Origin: Yuukianura sp. NJ FZ-2021
Lineage: Eukaryota
Assembly: GCA_046563655.1 (NCBI GenBank)
Contig: CM102285.1
Coordinates: 10,292,001 to 10,356,000 of the forward strand
Direction: 5' to 3'
DNA: 64,000 nt
Both the position numbers and the translations under genes were made by a program. Under the pieces are notes generated by a model. The model ran no database searches. It saw only the letters and a program-made list of their open reading frames with translations, and was not told the origin of the DNA. Shown in pieces: positions 1 to 12,500 of this stretch (the stretch's first letter is position 1; each line of letters opens with the position of its first letter).

Positions 1-66
1 CACATGGACACTGCGCTTCTTGAATAGCAGCGCAAATGTTGCTTTAAGCAAAGGAATTAAACTCAC

Positions 67-870
67 CCCAGGATTCATTTCCAGAACAAGAGGCCATGCA
101 AGCCTCAAAGCTACTGAATACATTGTCATTCACATGGCAGCCCCCGAAAATAAACAAGTTACAAGTCTCCTCTGCTTCTGAGTAGAAGTACTTATACGTT
201 CGGTCCCCACACGGCCCGGAATTCGGAGGCAACAAGCAATAATCAGCTTCAATTTTCAAACAAAACAATCAAGCAAAAATTAAAAAATTCGCAACTTCGA
301 AAAATTCTATAATATGAACTTTCTCTTTTACAATTTTTGTTCCCAGAGAAAAGAGAACCAGAAATTTTTAGATTTCATGGGTGAAAGTTTTCGGAATTTG
401 TTTTCCATTTTCACTTTTTATCCACTTTTCTAACTTTTTCAACAAGAATTTAGTAAATTTTGCACAAGGTTTTCGGCAATTTGAAAGATGAGTATAGCTT
501 TACTTTTTTTTGCTTTCTTTTGAGTGTTACATTTTCGTCTGCTTGAAATTCCACGTGGTGGGAGCAGAAATTTTGCAACAACAACGTTAATTTTTTGTAG
601 TAATTTGTCTTTGCCTCTAACCACATGAGCAAGCACGTAACAATAGAATGAAATCGACTTAATTTTCTTTTGTAATGAAGAGAGCACCTCGGCTCACCTT
701 GAATTTCGAATGCCGTCATTGGAAGTGTACTTAATCAACTTGAAAATTTGAAACGATTCTTTTTTCAAAAATTTTGAAGAATAGAAACACTTACGCTTTT
801 CTTGAGACAAATGAAACAAAAGTGGCAACAGAACAAGTAGCACCAGTTGGTATTTTCCAGACAAATCCAT
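67..870 (-). CDS. Secreted Kunitz/BPTI-type domain protein, probably truncated at the left window edge. Exons 870-795 and 246-67; if the donor at 66 is not used, the frame stops at 44.
   Basis: Exon 1 encodes a signal-peptide-like MDLSGKYQLVLLVLLPLLFHLSQEK and ends at a phase-1 GTAAGT donor. A phase-1 acceptor (ttgaag) opens exon 2, PDYCLLPPNSGPCGDRTYKYFYSEAEETCNLFIFGGCHVNDNVFSSFEACMASC, which has all six Kunitz cysteines and the FxFGGC motif. A phase-1 G|GTGAGT donor at 67/66 suggests more exons beyond the window. Confidence 0.88.
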
Positions 871-2745
871 TGTACTTTGTTACTTTATGGCAGTGATTCG
901 TTCTTTGAAAACAAAAAATTGCACAAAACTTTTTCACTCCAACTTAAAAACACATTTTACACCTTTGGCCAAACTCCAATTCAACAAAGGAGGATGTTGT
1001 TGTGTTACCAATTTGGCAAATTGAGTACCTCACGCTGGACGTGTGTATTGGTGAAATTGCCTCCCTGGAGAAGTCCAAATTGCAATTAAGAACAAACACT
1101 TTACAATCCTCTCACTTGATCTTCAGCCAAAACCTTAGCTTAGACGAATTGCGTAGACGTTTTGGTTGAAGAAACTTTTTGCATAAAGTTCTTAAACTTA
1201 AATTTCCATGTCATCACCTGCAAGGTAGAAACCAGGTTTGAAAAGCCCTCCTGCCCAGTACCTCATTACTTGAATCAACCGTGCTAATGAATTTAATCAG
1301 CATTTGAAGCTTTTAAGGTTAGGAAATCTGTAAGTCTAGTGTTTGTTGTTGTTCTTTTTGGCAATATATTCACTAAGGTGTGTGCTGTATAATATTTAGG
1401 CCTAATTTAGTCTCACTGGACTTGCACAGGACTAACACTTGTAACTAGTCCAATCTTTGTCAACACTTTTCACTCAAGAAGATTTTCGAAAACCGGTATT
1501 TGCAAAGTTAATCCAAATCCGCCCACTTAGGATTAGTCCATCATTGCTTCTTGCACAAGAAAAACATTGAAGATTTTAAGAGTCATCCAGAACTGGATTG
1601 CTAATCTAATAACGCCTGTAGCAATACTTTCCAAATCAAAATTTTGTTGAAACTTGTGAAGAGCAACCTCAAAGTTCACTTTTTGAAAACTGATCTTGTA
1701 ACTATGTGCTGAACCTCTTGAAATTTTTCTTGCACCAAGAGATGAAATGTGTGTTAAATTTCGTTTCTGAAAAAATCTTCTAAGTTTCAGAAATTGGATT
1801 CGCTATTTGATACCCGGTTGGAAAAACCACTTCAAAAGTTAACTTCACACTGATATGGAACAATGTAAACAAAAATTGTGAAATTGGATACGTGAAGTTA
1901 TGTTTTTCGAATCAATCAAAAAAAAAGTTAGCGTGAAACTTCCACAGCCTCAGTCAAAGGGCAATTCCAGAAATTTTGTGTCAATTTTGGTGTGTTTTTT
2001 GTTGGACAAATGTTGAACTAATTTCGGCACGGAATGACTTGTGTCGTGTTATTTTTGCAACTGCTAGGACACCAACCAATGGACCAAAACTGAATCTTGT
2101 GATCAGAGTACTACGGGCTTTGGTGTTTTTAGTCGTTGGACACTAAACATGCGATGATGCTCAAGCACAGGAAAAAATAATAATACTTGACTTACTACTT
2201 AACTAGCTTAGGCTAACTAGCTCATCATCGCCATATCACTTAAGCTCCTAGTCTAGCCTATCTACGTTCTTGTAATTATTTCCATCACGTCTGTTTGTAT
2301 CATCAGACTATTCGGTTTCAGTATTCGTTTGGAAATGGTGTTTATGAAGATGATGAGAAGAACTGATGGAGGATGTAAGTCTCAAGTCCAATACTAATAG
2401 ACGCTTTGCACGAGTAGATGATAGTGAAGGAGTGATCCTCACACAGTTGTTGACAGATTTCACAGACCTACTTTGATTACACTATTTTGCACAACACATA
2501 GCCTCAAGTACTTTTTGCAACTTTGACTAAAACAAGTGTTTTACAATTTTTGAATAAAGAATCTGATTTTTTCCGAAAATCTACCCGAGTGAACTGTCGT
2601 CGATAACTTTATGAACTTTCTTTCATTCACGCTTCTTCAAGACTTCTATCAAAAGATTCAAGGATTCTTAAATTCTGAAAGAGCAAATTGCAACAAAAAG
2701 CATAAAGAGACGTCTGGACATTGAGAAGCTTTTATCGGTTTGTAT

Positions 2746-3869
2746 TCATTTCAAATTTTTGAATTTGATACAGTAACATGGATATAGAGGCTGCAAACCT
2801 AGCTTTGCGTGGAGACCATTTGAAGCCACATTTTCAATGTCAACCATTGAACAAGGGATGAATTCTGTTTGAGTGATTAGAATTTTGATCAATTGGCTAA
2901 AGCAGAAAGACGAGAGCCCTTGACGTTGATACTGTTGCTTTGTGGCTGTACCCATGTGGCCCATGGGACTAAATCTAGCGCCACTGGCAATGGCTCCACT
3001 GTCCTTGACGTAAACTCCAACCGTCGGAAGACGTTGGACGCATTTGCTCGGACTTCTGAAGTTCATTTCTGCTGCAATACTTCCAAAACTAAAAAACTGC
3101 ATCCCAATGTCAGAATTGAGCGATCCTTGTTCAAATCCAGCCAGAAGCGGACTACAAATAGAAAATAGATTGAAAATTGGCAAGTTTTGAGTCATTAATT
3201 TTTGTGATTGAGCACCTTGGATTCAGCTGAGCTGCAGATTCTCGAGACATGTAATAGTACTGGCACGGCGTAACTTGCAGTTTGTTACCAAGTCCATCAG
3301 AAATTCTAGAAACCATGTTTTTGGACAGTTCATCTAAACCTAGAAAATGGTATACTCTCGTCCAATCTAAAATTTCTGGAGGAGCATTAAGGAAACACTG
3401 CTCAATTTCCGGTGGTATTTGAACAGTGTCGTTTGGAATTGAAATTGCAAACTGTTGCACCCCGTCATCTCGGATGTACTTTGCCAAAATCCAGCAAAAT
3501 TTTTCCTTGTTGTTGCCGTCCTCGCTGTTATAGAGTTCGTAGAAAGTCATTTCCTGGAGGAACTTCACAGGCTGCATCTTCACCATATTGTAAATCTGAA
3601 CAAAAATGAAGCATTCTTAATTAATTTCCTTTTCTGTCTAATTTGCCATACACAGAGACAGAGGTTGTGACAATTTTTTAAAATGACGAAATAATAATGT
3701 TACGAATCTAGCTATATCAAACTGTTTGTTTTTACATAGCGCGTTAGTTGCATGCGGTAGTTTTTAATTGAGTACCAAGGCTTACATGAGCACAGCGTGG
3801 GAGGCGCTGGAGGATGACAGCTTCGAACTTTTCGAGCTGCGTAACCTTTTCGAATTGAAGCGCTTTCAT
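2746..3869 (-). CDS. GNAT-family acyltransferase, glycine N-acyltransferase-like / FR47-like C-terminal domain, ~289 aa. Exons 3869-3786, 3595-3216, 3151-2746.
   Basis: Exon 1 (MKALQFEKVTQLEKFEAVILQRLPRCAH|gtaag) joins ttcag|IYNMVKMQ in phase 0. A 64-nt phase-2 intron (3215-3152, GTGCTC...TTTGTAG) joins the two overlapping ORFs of the track. The C-terminus carries motif-A-like YQRQGLSS and motif-B-like VDIENVASNGLHAKLG, preceded by LPTVGVY. Confidence 0.78.
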
Positions 3870-6800
3870 TTTATTGACTTTCAGTGAATTTTTTTTTTTG
3901 AATTTGGTTCTATGTGTTTGTGGAGAAAGTTTTCCATACAAGAGCTCAAAAGTTTCGAAGATTTTGAACACCGAAATCGTGGTGACTTTTTATAGGACGC
4001 CTGAGATGAAATTTTAAAACGTATATTTCAAGTGTAGTGGTGATTAAATGTCGATTTTAAGTTGTCGAATGAATTGGAAATCTCCAAGTGGATTGTACTG
4101 AAATAAAACTTTTCAGCCACTCTTACGCTATCACTTAACTGACTTAAACATTGAGAATGTATAAGTTGTCCTTGTTATCGTAAACGGAATGACAGTTACG
4201 TAACTACAAGATCAACTACTATTTCTTTAGTACTAGCTGTTCATGTCGTATTTAGCATCATAAAAGTTACTCTGATTTATAACTATTTTTAATAATCTGA
4301 TCTTTTTTTAAATTGAAACTTGAATTGCAAAAGAGCGACGGTTATGTCGCCAACGAAAATGTTTTTGCTTATTTATTAGACGGGATTCCTTCAGTATTTA
4401 AAATTCAAATTGGTTGAATCAAAGCACGATGTCGCATTTTTGCATCTAAGATTCGTAGTGTAACGCTTGGCCAATAACCTAGTAAATTTTAATTTGGCGT
4501 CTGGTTACTTTTGGCAAAAAGAACTGCTAATTTCTATATAGTTTATAAAATTTTAGAAACCAAATGCTGCGCAGTAGTATTTGGTGCCCACTTTTCAATT
4601 TTTGACAACATGCAACTTGCATGCAAGCGACTTTTTTGCAAACTTTTTTTTTTTAATTTTGAGAATAAACAAACCAATCGGTAACTGAACTATTCAGGCG
4701 CGGACTTCCATCTTCGCATTAGTATTATAACTTCAAATCTTTTATCATCTTCGTATAGGTTTAATCAATGGTGATTCAAGTCCATCAATTGATGGTTGAT
4801 CAAAAAGGAAAAGTTAAGGAATGTTTTTAATTTACAAGAATCTACTGTGTGTAGGTATCAGATAACAATTAAAGTGTAAATAGGCTGTAATTACACTTCA
4901 ATTGAAAGGAGAGGGTCAATACTATCAGTGTCAGATCCATTTCATACTGTGCAGAATATGACCTCTTCCCTCAATTGCAAATTAACTCCTGTTGCGAATT
5001 TCGAATTGTACTACTAGTCAAGGTGCTTATTATTGACAAGCCATACATGTCCATGTCACTTCTACTAAACATTCTTGAGGTTACCGCGTCTCTACAAGGA
5101 ACAAAGGCTGGGAACCACTTTTGTACATTAGGTACTTACTATTATTACAAGCCTTCAGTAAAGCTGTTGTTCTTCGGCAGCACTTTTTGCAGTTTTGCAC
5201 TCATTCTCATTGACCATTTGAAAGTGAAGTTCGCAAGTTAGAGATTTGAGGAGATTGTTGGCAAAAACAGAAAAAGAAATCCCGATACGAGAGATTTGAA
5301 ACTTTCTTGAAGGAAGGGATTAAGTTCAAGTGTATAAGTAGAAATCTGGTTGTTGGTGAGTTGCAAATTCACGAATTTCTAGTAACTTTGGCGCATTATG
5401 GGAATTTTTAATTCCGGTTTTACTCAAATTTCCGTTTTGCACATTTCCTTTCTCCGAAGTGAAAGTGTTCCACTTCCCACGCCAAGTGCATCGAAACGAA
5501 CGTAAACAAATGGTCTGATGAAATCCAAACGGCAATCAACAATGGATTTCCGGTAGGTACATAATTTTGCAAATTTTTTGTAAAAGCTTAAACTTAAAAG
5601 ATCAGCATTTTTTTTCAAGCTCAAATTTCTCTGACAATTGATAAAAAAAACTAGGATCGCTCCATTACTTTTTGTTCATAATCGATAGGTGAGCTTTGTG
5701 TATGGCGATTTGTAATTAATTTTTAATTACGAAAATGGTAATTAATTCAATGGGAGTGTTACAATTAAGAGTTTTGCTTAATTTATGCAATATGGAACGT
5801 GTGCATTTTTTGTGAAATTGAATTGATTTCCTTCATAAAACTATTGTCATTGAGGTAACATTTAACATTAAGGTTCAACGTGCAAGAATTGCAAAATTTT
5901 CAGCAGTGCCTTATAAAAATGCTTGCAGCAGTCTTCCCTCCACTTGTCATTGATTTCCTAGCCTTTTGGGTGCGCATGTTTTTCATAACATGCGAACAAG
6001 TCATTGTGTTTGTGTAGGGTTCGTTCATACTCTCCCCATTGCCTCCATGCATCTGTGTGGAATTCGCAACAACTTTTTGCAAAATTTGCAAACCACGAAG
6101 AAGCCCAAAATGTCAAAAGGTACACAAGAAACCTTTTCTTTTCACGAAACTTTTTTTTTGCGAAAACACGTCATTACAACAAAGATCCCAATTTCTTCCA
6201 AGAAGCAAGACGTTTTCGCAAGCACGTTCAAATTTTTCAAAAGGAATTTTGCACGCTGATTTATTTGGGCAAAGGGGTCAAGCTTAACTGAGTCAACCGT
6301 TTTTATTGGCTCATAAATGCATCTAAAGTACAATGGGAAACTTTTTAAAACATTATTCAATTTGGAAAACGTCTTCGCTTTGAAATTGACACCTCGCGAG
6401 TTAAAAACAAAGCCAACATTTATTATAAACCCAAGTGTGAATTTAATACGTTCCAATCCAATTTGCGAAACTGCACTCCACAGCATGGAGTCAATTTCGC
6501 AATAATTTCTAAATTTATTGCTTTCTTTTGGCCATTTTTAGCTATCGTGAAGGATTATTTACGAATTTGCAAATTTCTAATTGCCCAATCCTTAATTCAA
6601 ATAAAAAGTTTGCAAAAACGGTTTAGCGAATGATAGCCATTGGAAATTCGCAAGTACCTATTTCACACTTTGATGAAAAGTTGCGATTTATTTGCTTAAA
6701 AATTTCACGCTAGGCAAACAATTCGCAAATTGATTGGATTTTCACAAAAGATTTCCTTTCCGCCAGTATTTGCCTAACAAAAAGAACGAAACTTGTGCCA

Positions 6801-9577
6801 TTATCCATCTCTGCAAGTTGCGGTTTTTGCATAAGGAGGGAAATTTGCAACAAAAAAGGAAAACTGACACTGTTTTTAATTGACTTTACTTAATCTTTTG
6901 TTAAAGTCCATTCTATCGTATTACCGCAACATTGCAAATAATGGCGCCTATGCTAAATAATGTTATGAGTCGACGAACTTCTTGGAAAAACTTACATCAC
7001 CGTACCGCCCAAGTATTTAAGACGTTTTTTTTCCATTATTAGGGAATAATGTGTAGGAGGTCAGTCTCTATTGTCTTCTTTTTGCCAATTTTTTTTTGCA
7101 ATCTATTTGCAAAGTTGAATCAGTTCCGCTTCATTTCTTAAAAACGAACACAGCCCAAGAATGACCAGAATTGGTATACACGTACAGAAAGTAGTTATTC
7201 AGGGAGAAATAATTTGGGTTGCAGTGTTATAGTTGGCGATTGATGCTTCTCAAAAAGCTTTTGTTCCTGATGGCCGTGGGTTTGCAAAAAAATTGGCACT
7301 TATAAGAACCAGAACAATGTTATAATTTTTGCAAAAAAGAAGAGCACCGTGTGGGAGTATAGTGTTGCGAAGAATTTGCAATTACCAGGTCTACTTTAAT
7401 TCCAATTCCTTCAAGAAGTAACTGATCTCTTCCTTGATTTAGTACTTTTGTCGCTTGCCGTGATAGGCTATGCGCTGCTGCTAGGAGAAGCTCCGTCGTA
7501 GCGGAATTCATTTTTGGCAAAGTGGCAAATTTGCGAATATTTGCAAGTAGGTGGGCTCTTTGGTTTAGCCAAGGTAAGGTCCGCTTATGCCCATAATTGT
7601 CAAACCCAACGCTTCTTTTTTGGAATCTGGAGGTTGAGGCTTTGGCGAAAACTTTTAGCAACACTAATAAATTGCAAAACGATGTAAATTTTTGCACGTA
7701 AAATGAATGATAACGTAAGCTAGAGCTTGAACCTAGAAAATCTAAGGAGTATTGATTCAACTTGCCTAAGAAGGTTAGAGTATTATTGGACTCATTTAGT
7801 TAATTAGTAAGGAGGTTAATTTTCTACATCCAATTTTTGCATTAAGAATTCAGTTTTTCCAAAATTGTAAAAAAAAATTCATCATTGAAAGACCATTAAC
7901 CAAGTTATAAACTGCGTAATGAATTGCAGCCTCATGAAACTGAAAGTCTAAACTGTTAGTCAGCAGCGTCGTGCAAAAACTCGGGTTTCAGAAAGTGACA
8001 CATCGTGATTCGCGAAATATTTTGCACAAAAAATTTCTTATTGTAATTCCACCCTCACATCATTTTTTGAGTGTTCGGTTTCTGCGCAAAAGTAAAAGTG
8101 TCAATGGACGAAGGTTTCTTTGAAAATTAGCACCATGTTGAAAGGAACCGCGCGTGAATTTGAACAAAGTTTGTAACAACGGTGAGTTATGAGTTTAAAT
8201 CTCCGCCTTGACGCTTTTTAGCAGCCTCGCCCTCCTCATAACAATTCATTTTTTATATTTTTGCAAACCATTATGTTTTTTGCAAATCTGACTTGGGTGA
8301 ATGTCAGTCTGGACTTTCATGGCTTGTAATACTATAGCAAGAAGTTCAAGATTTGCAAAAACACAAATTTGCACCACACGGTGCTAAACCAGCTAAACAG
8401 TATCATAACAAATCGAGGAGGTCAACCAACTTAGCAGTATAAATTGCAGAAAGTTTTCGCAACAACGCGAGTTATGTACTCGAAATAATTTTTCAAAAAT
8501 CATTTGAAACATTGTGCCAAGGCCATTTTTTGTTGGAAAATGTTGAATTGAAGACTGAATAAGAGGGAAAGGGAGAAGTTAGTGAAAGTGAAGGGCTTAT
8601 AGAGGCTTGGCTTTGTTGAATTGAATGGGTTGATGATGTGAGGCATTCTGAATCAAAATTTCTTTCAATGCAATTCTTCCTTTTCGTAATTACAGGTGAG
8701 TTTTAGTCTTGGACGAGGACGGAAGATGAGCAGTTGCAAAGTTTGTGCTGGACAGTTTGTGCTGACACAGCATTTCTGCATGACCCTGCTGATTAATAAC
8801 AAAGAAAAATCTAATCTCTGTGATCTCCTTCTACGGCCGGATCTGACGAATCTGCGTTTTCCAATTGGAATTTGCTTGCACTAACTCTAACACAAAAGTG
8901 TTTATGGTCGCCTCAAGCCTTTTGTCTCAAAAAGTACTTTTCTAATCAACACATCTTGCTGGAAACATCATCATCATCGTATACTTGTTACATGCGTAGA
9001 ATGCTTCTGCCAACATAAGTTTCTGGACAGCTCATACTAGAAACTTGAAGAGCCTTAATCAGTTCTGGTCTGCTGAAGCCAGCGGTTCATGACGCTCCGT
9101 CACGGCTCAACTTATAACCGCGGAAGCAGCGGCAACCACTTCTACAAAAAGTGAACGTGAATTTAGTCGAAGTTGTTAGACTGGATTGACAGGAAGGAGT
9201 TGCCGTTTTGATCTTCTTGTTTTTAATACTAAAGACACCAACGTGACTTTGGATGTCCAAAACTTAAGGTGGTAGTGGCACCTACACCTACTAATGTTAT
9301 GGTGCTCTCTGTGTTGTTGGGATGACGTGATCTTTGGTCAGGGAGACTCACCGTAGCGGCAGTTGGTGATAACAATAGATGCTAAAGATCGTGCACTCGG
9401 CTAACTTAAGAGAGTGTGTGGGTTGCAAATCTTTTTCGCAGTTTTGGAGAGTGGGGGTTGACCAACAACCACCAAAAGGAGCCATAAGCAACTTCAGAAT
9501 TAATGACAACTTTTCCTGTTCTCTGAATAAATTTGGCAAATCCAAGGATCAGTGAATCTCACCCCAAAGGAGTCACT

Positions 9578-12500
9578 ATGCCCTCAGTTGTTGTCAATGG
9601 ATCCAAGAGAACCACCAGCATTTTGAATCGCTCCGAGTCTCTCCGTTCCGAATTTTCTGACGCTTCACAAAGTAAAAAAGTGTCGTTTAACAAAGACGTC
9701 AGGATAAGAAGGATTCCGCAGAACGTAGGGAATGTTCATGGTCAAGTAGTTGCTGTTTTAGAACCGAGTTCAAAATCGGATCTTGTTCCAGGAAATACCA
9801 GTGGATGTCTCTGGATAAATTCAAAAGTGAAAAGTGAAACGGCAGAGTCGGATTTGTTAGATGAAGCTAAACGAATTTTGAATAACGTTGATAAAATCCA
9901 GTGTACGACTTCTCCAACACCTTTGAACCAATCAAAACCTAAGTCGCTGCTGGAAAGAAGTAAATCGGAGCTAATTCCAAACGGATTCCGCAGAAGCAGT
10001 TCCGAACCACCACTTCCAGCTACTGGTGTAAGTAAATTTTTGGATGTGGATTATCCTTCTAATCGTTTAGGCTCAAAATCGAAGCTTAGCAGAGTCAAGA
10101 AACCGCGTCGAAGAGTCGGCCTTGACGGAATCGCTGCAGATTCTGGAAATAGTAGTAGCAGTAGTGATCCAGCAACTCGAGACGGTGAGGTTGCGCAGAA
10201 ATCGGCTTCATCAGACAGTCCATCCAGTTCACTTAGCAGTGACGTACAAAATATGACTACGACAACACCACGCTACGGTTCGAGTCCCCGCGTAGCCTCA
10301 ATGGCAAACAAACTAGGGTCAATGAGGCGTGAAAATGCAGGACCACCGCTGCGCTCTTCCTTTCTTGACACTGGGAGTGGTCATACACATAACAACAATC
10401 AACCATTTTCATACACCGGAAGCCAAAATGTTGGCAGTAGTCGGTCAAATGGTCATGACAAGCTGACGAAGCTAGACAGCTTTGGGAGTCCAACTTCACT
10501 GGAATCAAAATCAAGGTCAACCTCCAGAACGAATGGTCAAGGAGGCAAAACAGCCCAAGAAATCATTTATGCCCAAGTCGTTTCCCGGGAAAAGAAGGAT
10601 GGAACGCCCGAGAAGCGCACAATTCATAAGCGCTACAGTGACATGACCTCAACTACTCCAAGTGACAGTCCTGACTACCAAAAACACATTCGCCATTTTG
10701 TTTATGACAAAGAAAACTGGAAAAATCTTAACGAGAGTCACAATAGTTCAATGGGGGATACAGCTCATCTTTTGTCCAACTACAGAAGTCGTGGTTCACA
10801 ATACGGGTCCAGAAATAATGTCACGACGGTTCTGCTGAATAGTAACGATGAAGAGGATTCATTACGCTCCACAACAATCACAAACAATGATTTATTTAAA
10901 AATTCATCTCGCTCATCCTCATCTCCGCCACGGCTCACTGGTTACCCTAACCCTAACCTAACTGATCGTCCATTCTTTTATGGTGACACGAGAGTAGGAA
11001 ACCGTGTCAAAACGTTTGACCACTCCTCGTCATCCTCTCCGCAGTTCCACTACAGTTCATCTTCCAGAGAAAACAGTCCCGCTGGAGTGACCACGACGAA
11101 AGTTTCTGGAATTCGAAAAACCGCCACAATTCCGCTGCCGGAACCTAAAATCACTTCGACATCCTCAAGGAATCATACTGATTACCAATACATGACTAGT
11201 AAACTTGGGTATTTGACGCCAAGTGAATACAGCGTCGACGTAACCCAGCTTCCGCCCAAACCTCAACAACGTCCACGACCCGCCTCGGTTGACCGTGTCA
11301 CACCGAAGTACGAACAGACCAAGGTCAACGGTTGGTCACGCACGGGAACTAGAACTGCTTCGGCCGACTATAAGCGAACTACAAATGGATCGTACAACCC
11401 GTACCCAACTTATGCTTCAGTCGAAAACAACAGAAATGCTTCCATTGAAAACCACAGAAGAAATAGTCAAGAATCAGAAAATTTCAGGAAGACAGAAACA
11501 AAGGCGACGACCAAAACTGTGACCTCGGGGTCAACTCATACCAATGGAAACAGTAGCAGTGGTGGCCTAATTTCTTCGCTCATGCGCAGAAGCAAGGACA
11601 AGAAAGTGACCAAGGACAAAGTGACTCCTCCGCCTGCTACTGCTGTTGGACCAACCAATGGGAAAGTGAAACCCAGAAATAAATTCTTGTCATTGTTTTT
11701 CGATTCTAAAAATGGAGCGAAGAAGAGTGATAAATCAAGCGTTAATCAAACAAAAACGAAGCACATTGTTACAGATAGTGAAATTGACGATGCAGAACGG
11801 AAGAGGGACGGAGAGTACCACGTAAGATTCTAATCATAATAAGCACTTAAAAGTTTAACAAAACAACTAAAATCTATTGTCCTTGTACACTAATTTTTTA
11901 AAATTTTGAAAATCTTTTTAAAAGTCTTGGTCTTCTGTTGACGATGCTTACCGAATGGTTGATCAACGCAGAGCAAGTGATCAACGTCCAAAAGATAACC
12001 TGAGCCGTGGAAAATCTTATAACTTTGGAAGCTACGGATCTTCAACGGTAAAGCAATTTTCAATTTTTAAAAATTAGTTTAAAATTTTGGCTAAAATTCG
12101 AAAATTCTGAAAATTTTCCAAGCTTTCGGGAAAATATCTCTGACAGGTAGCAAATTTTGGGAATTGTTTGCCTTAGATCGCCATTTTTTGTACAAACATT
12201 TGAAGTTCGTGAGAGGGCAGGCTTGAAAGTGTTAAGTATGCTTTAAGAGCGCACTAAATCAAGCATGGACGCTGCCATTTTGCGTTTTATTTTCAATTAG
12301 TAAGAGACTTGCGGAGGCGTTGCAATTCTTCTTTTGAGGAGATGATGGTTGACCTTGACTCGAAGTTAGAATTACTATTTCCACATAACTTTTTTCTCTC
12401 AAGCAAAAGGAATGACTTGCGAAAAAAGTTAATAAAGTAAACAGTAGGATCCAGCTTATGCTTACGATGAAAATGGTGGATTCTTTTGAAGGTGGGCCAA

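Noticed and set aside
698..740. Extra minus-strand exon candidate in the Kunitz intron (ends CAAG|GTGAGC)
   Set aside because: The nearby acceptors give stops or the wrong phase relative to exon 1, so it cannot be placed in frame.
3152..3215. Apparent frameshift between the two overlapping minus-strand ORFs
   Set aside because: Explained by a 64-nt phase-2 GT-AG intron, so no programmed frameshift is needed.
5172..5183. CTTCGGCAGCAC, matching the 5' hairpin of U6 snRNA
   Set aside because: Only 12 nt match, and the downstream U6 sequence (ACAGAGA box) is absent.
10945..10961. Telomere-like CCCTAACCCTAACCTAA
   Set aside because: Fewer than three full units and inside a coding exon (YPNPNL).
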